Assembly (NCBI GenBank): GCA_965655095.1
Contig: OZ296653.1
Location: 83,266,001-83,330,000, forward strand
Length of the DNA stretch: 64,000 nt
Origin: Haplodiscus bocki
Lineage: Eukaryota
Direction: 5' to 3'
Positions within the stretch are counted from its first letter, which is position 1. The number at the start of each line of letters is the position of its first letter. This document shows, in pieces, positions 36,870 through 48,989 of this stretch. Below the pieces are notes generated by a model. That model made no database searches, was not told where the DNA came from, and was given only the letters and a program-made list of their open reading frames with translations. The position numbers and the translations under genes were made by a program.

Positions 36870-39800
36870 GACGAGAAGTTTTCTATGAGCAATCTACTCT
36901 GCAGTTGGTGAGTTGAGTGCCACCAGGTCTCCTCAGAAGTATTAGGCAATAAACTATCTTTAATAGAAAAATCTCCCAAATTCTTGCTCCGTGTACGGAG
37001 TGAAGAAAACTTTCGGAGAGTGAATAGTCCGTTGAGGTACACGTAACTTTGTTTTTCTGAGCGGCTTGAAGGTAAACGTGAGAAGTTAAAATGTATTGAG
37101 ATCGAATACTGTCATGTTACTCTTTCCGGCTATCGCCGTTTCCAATCGGAATAACTTATTTTCGAAACCAATCAGCCCAAATAACTTCTTCCGGAAAAAC
37201 AAAACAGAGTCCGATTTCTTTGCAGAAGTTCCGTGAAAAGGTAGCCTGTATTGTGTAATGGATTTGATGTATATTTTGTAGTCACGTAAGAGAACATTTT
37301 GCACCAAAAAACCAAAGCGTAGAATGTTTAATAAACGGCTTTTTATGTTTTTGAGATCAACATCAACGGGGAAAAGATGATCCTTTTTCGACAGCCTGTC
37401 TACGAAAATGTCCGAAAGTTTGACAAACTTGCAATCTGGTAATATCAAACTACCTAACTTGAGAGCATGTTTTTGAAATCCAAAATGAACAAACTGCGGC
37501 TTTTTGAAGTTTAGGATAAGCCAATTTTCAGGTTAGCAGGTTGGAAGGTGATCGAGCAAATTTTTCGCTTTACTTACAAATTTATCATGATAAACAATGT
37601 TCGTATCATCGAGAAAAAGAAAAAATTCAATTTCATTAGAAAACGTTTGTAAGTTAATGACAAACAAAATTTAAAAACGAGGATCTATTGGTGAGCCCCG
37701 TGGGACACCAACATGGATGTTGGTAGTCTCATATATGATTCCATCAACTAAGACTGTTTGCTTTCTACAACATAAACAGATTCTTATCCAGATTTTTTGC
37801 TGGGTCAAAAAATCCAAAGAATACGAGCTTTCTCAGAAGTTTCCCATGACTTATAGTGAAAAAAAAATATTTGTTCCATATCCGAAAATAAAGAACGATA
37901 AATGCGCTTTATATCACATGATTCTACCCGTAATGTCAGCCAAGGTTTCAATCGTATCATGATGCGCTCGACATCCCAAATGTTTTTCAAATATTTTTTC
38001 TGACGACTCCAAACACTTGGGTATTTGATTGAATGTTGCTCCCTGATTTAATTCAACGCTCGTTTGATCGAAATTCGCTTATAGTTCTTTACATCGGATC
38101 GTGTACAACCTTTAAGAAACGGCAGCAATCTTAGGTATTTGAGACTACATGAACTTTTACCAAGAGGAAAAGGCTGGTTCACACAATAAACAGGAGTCAT
38201 TTATGTCACCGGCAATCTTGAAACTTCATTGGATAGTCCTGAAGTTTTCTAATCTGATAGGTTCATTACCATATTAAGAATCTAGGAGTCATCCACTGGA
38301 AAAAAAAGATATCGTTGACCAAATACTGATTGCAACAGGAAACTTAGGAAATTCTTCTTTCTTTCAAGTAACTCAACAAAAAGATTACGCGTTTTGTCAG
38401 CAACGATCAGTTATTGATATATCCTTTCCACGTTGTTCTCAGCATTTGGAGAAGTGACTGTGCAAAAGAAGATCAGTGATTGTCTCATTTTAATTTGTTG
38501 TTCTTGCTGCTTCTCCAATCAGTTGCAAAAACCTAATATGTGGAAAAAATCAAAATACTTTGAAACTATAACTTCATCTTTTTTGAAAAAATTGTTGGAA
38601 TCTCGCAAAACAGATCCAGATGGAAGATGTTTGCAGCTTCCACTCGCAAGTAGAAAGTTCGCTAAATAGGTGAGAAAATCAGTTTTTAACTTAGACGATG
38701 AAATATACACACGAGCTACCAAATACTCAATCACCAGCTATGATTTTGTTCCGCGGGTTATCCATAATTATGTCAGAAGGCACGAGCTGATAAAATGGGT
38801 CAAGTGACCCCCTGTTTTTGCTCACTCCTTGAACCAAGGCCGGAACGTGGTCATTTTCCAATTTAAAGGGAGCAGGACTCTGAGAATGGTCCCATGTTTC
38901 TGATAGTTTTAAACACAGGGTTTACCCGGGAATTCGGATATTTTGTTGGCAGAATCGTTGTAATGTTTCAAGATACTTGTTTTTTCAAGTGCAGAATCCA
39001 TTCTCTGCCATCTTTCAGAAACTTGAAAATCGTGTTTTGATTCAGTTTTGACTTTTCACGCTTTAAGAGATAAAATAGAGGACCCCTCAGAAAAATGCAA
39101 ATTGTTTTTAGAAACAGGAAAGGGCTCCCTTGATGAAGTTTGAAAAAGTTTTTAAAAACCAGTTCTGAGTAATCATATTAATAAAGGACCGGTTTCGTTT
39201 AACATATCGCCTGAACTTACATCACTGCGTTGACGTAAGGCCTTCGCTAACCCGGCACGCAGAAAAATCAAATCGGCATTGTGCAGACTCGTTCCCCCGG
39301 CATCTTTCACTTGGTACTTACTTGATATGTTCCCCATGCTCCCCTGTTTTAGCTGACGACACACTTGAGAAAATTGGGAGGTCCCTCCGGGCCTCTCACA
39401 GTTTGCACTCGCTGACAAATGTTGATGTCCTCCTGCGACCACCAGCTTCAGCAGTCACATCAAGGACTTTCTGGCACACTTCTTCTTTTGCTTCTTATCT
39501 GACTCCGAAAATCCTGAGATTGTCCCTTCCACCACACTGCTGAATCGAATAAGCATTGAAGAGACTCGTTAGCTAGTTGCTGATTGCAAGCCCTTTCGAC
39601 GTTGCTACGCTGGACCTCAGCTCCTCAGAAACCTTAACGGCGAAGAACCCGCACTGGAAAGACTGGATCCTGAAGTCAATGCGATTCTTTTGGGCAGCGA
39701 CGTCGGGATCCACGCCTTGCAGCACTTGCCGTCTTGACTTCTCCCAGCGCACTCGGTTAGCACTCCTGATTCTCAAAGCTAACTTCATTTGTTAGACTCC

Positions 39801-39914
39801 TAGACATCGAGCAATCTCTCCAATTACTGGATAAGTGAATCGTAACAAATAGGAAGCTGCGAGATTGTTTGCTTCATCATTTTTTTGATTCGTTGAAAAT
39901 TTCTTGCGAGCCAT
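36870..39914 (-). mobile_element. Decayed non-LTR retrotransposon (CR1/L2/Jockey-like): ORF1, APE endonuclease and RT remnants
   Basis: RT remnants VGVPRGSPIDP (~37700) and FLDDTNI (~37610); thumb-like region 37086-37448; endonuclease-like KHLPS..LRDSN (~38600); ORF1-like EDINICQRV (~39420). Confidence 0.75.
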
Positions 39915-40389
39915 AACTGGAACGTTAACAGAAGTTATAGTATATTGATGTAGCAAAATCTTCTAATGATTAAATAAACGTACCGAGTTTGACGGCGATT
40001 TCTTCCTGAAATCTTATCAGGCTGTTTTGTGAAAATCAAAAAATCATCTATTTTAGTGGCTACAGATCTTACTGAAAAAACTCAATTATTTTTCTAGTTC
40101 GGCTTGATCATCAGTACGCCAAAATCGAACCACAAAAAATTTTCTTTTAATATGTCATTTCTTTGGTCTTTGGCTCGCTATTTTTGATTGCGTGCTTCGT
40201 CTTGCGACGACTTCAGGAAAAATTTTTTAGTTCCGAAGAGTTTGTTCACTATCTTCGTTTAAAAAGTATTCATAAAAACTTTTTGATAAAAACCTGGAAG
40301 AGTGATCAAATTGAAGTATTGTAATGAAGGCAAAAATTATTAAAATATATTCTTATTGCTCCCGCAGAAAAGTAAGTTTTTTTGACAAC

Positions 40390-41140
40390 TTTGGTCATAC
40401 CTAGTGGTGGCTACGATTCGTTCAATACAGCACTGGTCCAAATAGTTCACCGTCAGTTCTGTACTTTAATCATAGTTGCTTTGGGTTATTTTGTTCTCGC
40501 CTTCCAAAATCTTGAGAAAAAAGAAAGCTCGCCACTGACACGTACGCACCATTCCCCTTGCCACCTCAATGAACAACGTTCGTCTCCAGGCAAGAAAACA
40601 CCAACGGAGAAAAATCTGGTTGCTATTTGGTGGGGTAGCAATTGTTTCTTAACTCACGGATGGGGACGTCTTTTGAGGTCCCAACCGTGTCCCAAAAACC
40701 CACCCGTTCAGATTCTGGTTTGTTGTTCCCGTTCCGGTTTTCCAATCGAACTGTTCGTTCGAATTGTGCCAAATGTCGAATGTTTGGATCCCATTGACCG
40801 TTCAACATCATTTTCGTAGTGTCGAAAAGAAACATATGTTTCCTAGATCCCTTTTGAGATTTCTACTTTCTTCTTTCATTAAAGTGGACGTTTGAAGTGT
40901 CTGACTCTCAAGGAGCCACTGCTGAGAATTGACATCTGGTGTTTTTGAAAACAACAGACTTGATTTATCTGTTTTCAAGACATAATTTGAAGTTGACGTT
41001 CGATAAGTTAATTGGCTACTTCATCAGGAGAGGAGTTTGAGGCTCAGTTCCAGTCTCATTTGGTGCCACACTGTGTCGCAGGCGGCAATCAAGCCGATGA
41101 AAACAACCCTACATTTCTGCTAAGCTCGGAACTTTTCTTC
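40390..41140 (-). mobile_element. Internally deleted RTE-like non-LTR fragment interrupting a Maverick gene
   Basis: VVFIGLIAACDTVWH (~41060-41110) resembles the RTE RT motif AVFVDLTAAYDTVWH. It follows directly on the Maverick ORF MDQFVLIPATVYNKSL. Confidence 0.5.
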
Positions 41141-41559
41141 AAAATTATTTTGTTCAGTCGGACACTTTGGAAGCTCCTGCTGTTTAACTGATTGGGTAAT
41201 CAAACTCTTGTTGTACACAGTAGCAGGGATGAGAACAAACTGATCCATGTCAAGTTACAATGTTAATGACGGGAAGGGTAGCAACTCTTATGAGCTGTAA
41301 CGCTTTTTCGAAAGCCAAAAGATCTGCTCTTCGCTTTCCAGATGCTCTGTTCAGAGATAAAATCAAAGGTTGTTTCGGAAATTTATCACGTGATATCTTC
41401 TTATGCTTTACAGATTTTCATCGAGCAGATTTACTATGATTTCGAAGAGAAACCTGATAAATTCTTGTGGGCAAATTTGAAAAAGCTTTTTCACTTGCGG
41501 GAAAACGATTACAACACTTGGAGTGTAGAGAAATTTTATGTGTTCAATGTCCGAAGGCC

Positions 41560-42203
41560 TTAAATGTTTCAACCGAAGCGGGTTGTAATTTTATGATATG
41601 GCAGATCCAATGTTTGTACAACAACGCTTTCTATCGTCTGTAGCCGGCGACAAATCAATTAGTAGTCTACCGTTGGGAACAGACATTGCGCCTCAATACC
41701 AATGAACTAGTGCTGATCCGAGACTCAAATGTTCACTGAGCACACCGACTTGCATCACATGACCAGGATGTTTGAATAGAAAAAGGTGCAATCTTAGGAG
41801 CTCAACATCTCGCCCTACTTTACTTTGATGAAACAAGTTGTGCATAATGCAAGTAGTGCTCAAGCCATGGAGCGTTCCAGCAAAAGCAGTACCAACAAAT
41901 GCTTTTGAATTGCAAATCTATTCACATGACTTGTCAAAAGTTGACAAAACTTTGCACTGTGGTTTCTTAACGATTCTAAAAAATTAACGTTTGCACCCTG
42001 AAAAACTTGGAGTTTTTCAATCTGTATTTGCAGATCATCGCAGAGTGAATGAGAGTGTTGACAATAAAAGTGAAGTTTGTCAGAGGTTGGTTGAGAGGTT
42101 CAAGTTTTGTGCCATTTTAAAAGTAGGTGAGACTATCATGTATCGGATGAACCGAACAATGTCAAGAAGACGCAATTCTTTTTTCAATTTTATCTTTTTC
42201 ATA
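41560..42203 (-). pseudogene. Packaging ATPase, copy 1
   Basis: FDKSCE.ICNSKAFV..AFAG..HGLS...MHNLFHQSK.GRDVEL and LLIDLSP.TDDR across frameshifts. Confidence 0.75.
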
Positions 42204-42599
42204 ATTTGGATCAAGGTAAAATGTTTTTCCCTGCAGTACACAACATTCCCACCCAAGCGTTGTATCATCCTAAAGTTTCCGGATGCTGTATTTTCCAAAA
42301 GCAACCAAACATAAACAACATAATAGCAAAAAGTTGGGACAAGAAGGCAATCAGAGATCTGGAACAGGATTGTCCAAAGCAAATCCACCATTTTCTCCGT
42401 TCATATATGTCATCCAAGACAATTCTGCCGAAATTAGTGTTCTCTCAATGATCAGTCAAATAGTTTAAGCGCTCGAGTATTCTACGTTAAATCTCAAAAA
42501 AACAATTGAAACATGTTAAAAGATTTAATTACCTAGAAACTGACAAAAAAAACTCACAAAACCAAAATCACTTAATCAAATGCTTCATTGTTCAGTTAC

Positions 42600-43020
42600 C
42601 AAGCACTTTTGCCGGGTGTTCTGCAGAGTGAAGCATGGTCTCGTGCTTGAAAGGGTGAATCGAGCAGATCCATGATTTTTGATCCCTTAAATGATCATAA
42701 AAATCTCAAAGTTGGGGGCAGCCAATATCACCCAAGTTTTCCACTCTTGCATTTTCTCATCGTTTGTTGCAATTTTCAGTTCCTTTTGCAGAGTTTTCAT
42801 CTTTTACATCTCTTAGATGATTATTGCATTGTTCACTGTGTTTCAAAATTCCACTGCTCTAAATAATTCCGTGTAAGTGCTTGTTTTGTGGTTTTGTATT
42901 TCTCTGGAGGACAAAACGAAAACCCCTGAACCTTCCCATGAATACAAAGTTTCAAATTTTTGACAAAGTTTTTTTCTGCAAGCTCAATATCTTGCTTTTG
43001 AAAATCCACAGATTTGAAAA
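42600..43020 (-). pseudogene. Small Cys/His Maverick accessory gene, copy 1
   Basis: DIELA, KVQGFSFCPPEKYKTTKQA, GCP, WICSIHPFKHETMLHSAE. Confidence 0.55.
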
Positions 43021-43129
43021 TGGAGGCAGTAAGAGTTTCACGTAAAAGAAAGAGTTTTCACGTATGAATAGTTCAATCACGTGACCAAGCACACTAGAAT
43101 ATTGTTTTCTAGCAATCGGTCGAAAAAAT

Positions 43130-43770
43130 TACATGCTTCAAACCTTCACGGGTATCCTTTTTGAGGGAATGCATCCAGTGCTTGTACAATAACGTAATCA
43201 TTTGTCTGTTAGTGGCGAAAAGTCACTGAAAAAGAACCGTACGGAACAGAAGTTGCGTCTCGATACCAGTTAACCAGCTCTGATCCGAGTTTAGAAGGTG
43301 AACTTTGCGTACTGAGTTGCATCACGTCACGAGAAGGCTCTGGAAGAACAATCTGCGTTTCTGCATTTGTCGAAGCTCAAATTTTGCCGTAGTTCACATT
43401 GATGAAACACGTTGTGCCTAAAGTCAAAAAGCACTCATTCCACGATGATATCCTGCGGTAGCAAAACTAACACATGTTTTTCAATTGCAAATCTCTTCAC
43501 ACGAACCGTCATTGCTTAACAAGTATTTTGTACGGTTTTTTTAACGAATCGGTAAAATCAAAGTTTACACCTTCAACAAGCTCGAAAATTCATATCTCTT
43601 TTTGCATAACACGGGAAGGTGACTGGGAGTGTTGTTAGAATAACTTTGTCACTTTTCGGTTGAAGGGTTCCATGTTTAAGCCAATTGCAAAAAAAACTTT
43701 TCCCGTCTTGGGAGGACCGTCAATGATAAAACGAGGCGGTTTTGTGGAAAAAATATTTTTCCTAATATAC
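43130..43770 (-). pseudogene. Packaging ATPase, copy 2
   Basis: Walker A DGPPKTGK, KYLLSNDGSCEEICN, ATAGYHRG, WYRDATSVPYG. Confidence 0.78.
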
Positions 43771-44169
43771 TTGGTGATGCTAAAATGTAACGAGCTGCAC
43801 TACACAAACGCCCCAGCCAATGCTTTCGATTCGTCAGAGTTTTTTATACGGTGAGCTTTCCCAAAACAACCAAACACAGTCAACAGTTTGACAGAAAGTT
43901 AGCACAAAGAACAGTCAATGGTCTGGAACAGGTTTGTCTTAAACAAAACCAATGTCTTTTTTATTATCTGTTCTTGTCACAGACAATTTTGCTGGGAGTA
44001 ATATTCTCTTCTTGGTCTGTCATTTAGCTGTTACGATCATCTAATCAGTGGTGAATCTCGGAGAAATGATTGAAAGAGCTTGAAAGATTTGATTAAAAAG
44101 ATACTGAGAATAAATCTCACAATAGAAAAATCACATCTTTAGCTGCTGCATTATCTAGTTGCAAAACTT

Positions 44170-44600
44170 TCTTGCCCTGCGGTCAGCAGAGTCAGGTATG
44201 TTCTTGTGTTTGAATGGGTAAGTCGAGCGAATCCTCATTCCATCATCTGCTCTAGAATCAACCAGCTTGGGACTTTTCGGGCACCCATGATTATCCGTAT
44301 TTTCCAACTTTTATCCGTTAAAACTCCAAGAACCTCCAAGTTTCCTTTCCCTTCCATAAAATTCTCACCGTTTACATCTCTATGAAAGGTTTTAAGTCGC
44401 TGACTATAATTCAAACCCCTACTGTACCACAAACTTCAACGCCAATTTGTTGTACAGCAATTTGCTTGTTTTGATCGTTTGTACTTTTGTGGAGGACAAA
44501 ATGAGTGTTGCTGTACATTCCCATCATTCAACAAACCCAATTCCTGAAAAAAGTTTATATTTGCAAACTCAGAATCCATTACATTGCGGGACATACTGCT
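44170..44600 (-). pseudogene. Small Cys/His Maverick accessory gene, copy 2
   Basis: FCPPQKYKRSKQA and ICS-like YPFKHKN remnants; paralogous to 42600-43020. Confidence 0.55.
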
Positions 44601-47600
44601 TTAATTGTTGACAAAAATGAATAAGGCAGGCACAAAAAAGTTTTACGTAAAAGCGAAAGAATTGTCCAACGACGTGACCAAGCGTATTTGAAATTAGTCC
44701 TCCTTCAATCATGTAACACTGGCTTGCGCCTTTCCCACAATGTAATTGCTCTGCTCTAGCAGCATCATATAGTACTACAGGTTGTCTACTAACTTCGGCG
44801 TGACAAAATATAAACTCCAATTTTGAATCCCCGTAAGGAAAGATTCATGCAAAAGTTTATTTCGTCAAGGTCACGTAAAAATAGTCTGTCTTAACAGCTA
44901 CATGAACATAGAACTGAGATTTTGCCAACACTTTGTATGCAAATGACAAAATTATGCTCGACTAGTATCGGAAAATACTCAATAGAGAAAGAACATCCAT
45001 TCTCGATTAGAATGGTTCCAATTATCAACAATTATTTCATCCAGAACAATGCACCGCTTGAAAAATACGTCAATGTAGATATACTCGTTCTGACAGGAGT
45101 GGCTTCCAGTAACGGTACACGACACTATTCACTTTATCTGTATCAGAACTGAAGTTTACACATACTTCTGTCCTACCACTATATATTGTCCATTTTAGGA
45201 GAAAAATTTGTTTTGGGATCAGTTGTTTCATTGTGATGTCTTTGCTGCTTTTCGACTACAGTTAGAGGAAGTTTCTGGGGGGAATTTTTCAGAGTTGTTG
45301 GTAAAACCTGATAAAACCCAAATTTGTTCTCAACTTGAGAAAGAGGCTTCCATTATCCCCAGCGCTACAACTCATCCTGATTCGCACAGAATGAAACATG
45401 AAAAACAACAAATATTTGCATCGACTTCCTATAGGTTATTCCAAAATGACTGATAAGCACCAACTTTATCATATGCGAAATTCATTATATCAAGTAGATT
45501 AAAAAATTCTTCAAAATTAGAGTTAACACATTCAAGTTGTCGAATTTTCTCTCCAACTTCTTGCTTGCAAACAATGGGACTGGAACTTATAAACTCTTTG
45601 ACCTGTCGACTTTGCACTGCAGCTTAGTCACGCATATCTTTCTGACTGGACATTTCGCAACGTCAATCACCCTGTCAGCCAGTTTGAATTGTTCGTTTAT
45701 GTCTTTGCATATTGTTGAAAATGGTATACGGGAGAAACTTTGCTCTCCGCTAAAGTTTTCTGCTGCCTTATTTCTTCAATTGCAAGAAATGGTTGAAATC
45801 TGTCTCTCCCATTGTAGTTGCTGCTTTTAGTCGAAAATCTTTGTTGTCATCTTTCTGGAAAACTTTGAGTTTTTTATCCAAGTAGTTGTAGTCGTTTTTG
45901 GAACAAGAAGAAAGTCCAAATCTGTCTTGACTTTTTCGGAAGTCTACATATTTGGCGTAATTTAATCTGTTCTTTCTGAATTGCCTAAATTTTCAGATCC
46001 CTGAATTAGAAAGTTTGAGTTCAAGAAACTGCAATCAAATCCGAAACTTCGCACAAATGCTTCCCAAATTTGTTCATGCACGTTTTGAACACAATTTTAC
46101 GTGATGTCTTTTTTTGTGAAATTCGACATTGATTGTGACACATGTACTTTTCAAAACGTTTTCATCCAAACCAGCACAAACTGTTACAATCTACAAAATC
46201 TTCGTGAATTAGAAAAGAGCAATCGCCGTGGAAACAGTAGTTATTTTACTCTTTTTTACAGGGAACCTGACTTTTGGTTTCGCTGTTGTGTCCCACATTT
46301 TTCTCTGCATGAACTTGATATCTGCAGAATCCAGCTTCTACAGAAATCCTTGATTGCGGTACTAGAAACCTTTTTTCTCACATTTGTTTGCCTGGCTTTT
46401 GAAAAAGATTATGATAAGGTCAAACATTTTATTTACACTTTACATCAAATTACATACACAGTATTACTTATTGAAACAAGTTTTTGTAGCGACATTCAGG
46501 AGAATTTTCACTTTTTTTTCCAAAAAGGAAACTTTGCAGCAACGCAGTGGGTCGATTGGGTCTTTCAGAGACTGCAGTTGTGGTTGACGAATTCTGCTTG
46601 TCCTCCTCATCGTCGAGTTTGAGGTTCTGAGATTGGGCTTTTGTGCAAAAGAACCCTTCTGAAAATTGTAGAAGGTTGGAGGGGAAGGAAGAGTTTACGC
46701 CGGGTTGGAAGATCACATCCTTGTTCAAGTAGGGATCCTCCCAGTGAAATTCAATGTCCTGCAGATCAGGCACATGACATTCGTTTGTGTTCATAGCCTG
46801 TTATCTTGCACTATGGAGATCCTACTTCCTCATTTCAGGTAATCCTTGCTGATTGGGTGTGATTAGATTTCGAGCTGAAAGAGTTTTCAAAATTTCAAAA
46901 ACTTAGGACAAAACGAGTTGCAATCTGGTAGACGAATTTCTTGGGTTCCCTTTGTCTTTTCTGGGACGAGGTCCCTTACAGTCAAATTAAAAGAAACTGG
47001 TCCAAAGTTGAAAGACTATTGGAATCGTTAATTAAAAACTGAGAAAATCATACTACGGAACCATAAATTGAAAATGTTCAAAATGAGACTCGAAAACAAA
47101 TGTTGATTTATTGTTTCAACCAATGGAAGCTCGACAGAGCTATGCCATACACGTAAATGTTTTTTGACGTTTGTTGCATTATTCTTGGTTGTGGCCGATT
47201 GTGATTGGCGGACTGACTTTTGTAGCAAAGGGGACGGTTTCTATATTTCGTAGTCTTGACTCGGTCTTCACTTCAAGCAATGTTTACCATCTCCACCGAA
47301 TAAAATCATTGTCGGCTTTTTTGTGGAAAACTAGGCACATGACATCTGGTTTTGCACATTTGCTGTCGTAAAGGACAGTTTTAGAAATCTGATTGGTTAA
47401 AATGAATGCATAGTTTTCGTTTTTACATTTTGGACAATTCACATCTGCAAAAACTTCTTGGATCGATTTTGGCTTCTCTTCAAATTTTAAGTTCTTTGGT
47501 GACACTTTAGGAAAAGCGTGTTTGTTTGTTCTTCAAGGCGATCAATACGAACTTGACATTTGGAAGCGCGTTCCAGATTTTGAAAATCATTTCTCTGGAG

Positions 47601-48989
47601 AGGTTGAAAATTCTTTTCGTGCACGCAAAACATCTCGAAAGGACACAATTTGTTCGGACGCTTTACGTTTTCAATAAAATTGATTAGGCTAGTCTCATGC
47701 CGATAATCATGTTTGAGTGTGCTACACATCTTGATTGTTTTCTTTTGTTTCGCACTTGCTTGCAACGTAAACTCAAAGTTTGTTTTTTTTGGTAAAATTA
47801 ACGATTGTTGTGGTTTACAACTTCTGTAAGTAATTGCTAACAACCGTGTAGTTCAAACATTTTGGTAGAAAACATGCAAGATTTGTTATTTTCAAAAGGC
47901 AGCGAGAGGCGAGTTTGTCTATTTGAATGTTCAAGAAAGTCTCTAGAGTATTTACTAAAGAGATCGTCTTTTGACATTGTCAATCTACTGTCAGTTTTGA
48001 GTTTTTTTAATGGAATGTTTAAAACTTTGCTATCTTGGCTGACAGTTTTGAGAACATCGCGCAAACTGTCAACCAACCAAGCCAGTTTTTTTTGGAAACA
48101 CTCAGTAAATCCTGGAAAGTCGAACGTTGATCTGACTTCAAATCAAAAAAAGGAGAAAAATGGTAGCAAGAGTTTCTTTGTTGGAGCTTCTGCTATCTCG
48201 TGCAATTCAAAGATGAGACAAGGAGTAGCAAAAGTAATGTGTAAATTTCGCTATTTTTATGCCTCCAGTTTAAAACTTCCTCTTGTATCTCTTTGAAGAA
48301 CCAATAGAGGTTGCACGCACTGGGATCTTGCTCTTTGACAGACATCAACTGCTTGTATTCAGTAGTTTTAGCAAAAACATTTTATCGGTGGTGTGGCCAT
48401 GAACGCGGTTTCGATTGGTGAAGGATTTCAATTTTCAACAAATGCAGCAATGGCGACGCTTTTTTAAAGAAAATAAGACCAAAATTAAACTTTTCGGATG
48501 GTCAAATCTCAGGCGGTAGTTCAGTGGTTAAAAGCTTCGGATGATGAGATGTATGTGTTGGTGAACAATGTCGTGCATTTTGTCGTTCCAATGAATTTAA
48601 CCTCTACATTACAGACTTGATTTGCTTTTCCGGACATTCTGTCGCCGAAATAGGGGAGCCTGTTCCACTTGATAAGTTTTCACGGACAGGGTGAATCATC
48701 CATTTAATTTTATATAAAATAAACACCTTGATATCCTTTTCGTTATGAAAACGAGAGAAAATGATTGAAAGCTCCTTTTACCATTGGCGCTTTTTAATGC
48801 TTGCTCTTTCTTTTTAGGGTCTCACCATATTTGGTATGAAATATTGGAGGACACTTCCTACCTATTTTCTCCGTTTTTCGTTTTGCACTGCTGCAGGCAA
48901 GTTGCTACAATCTTTACGTTGTTTCAGAATTTTCTGTTATACTGATTTTACTCAAACGCCCCCACCCCCCGCAACTGCAACGAAAAAGT

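Noticed and set aside
36728-37042. RE-rich and SL-rich ORFs
   Set aside because: Artefacts of the (TC)n microsatellite.
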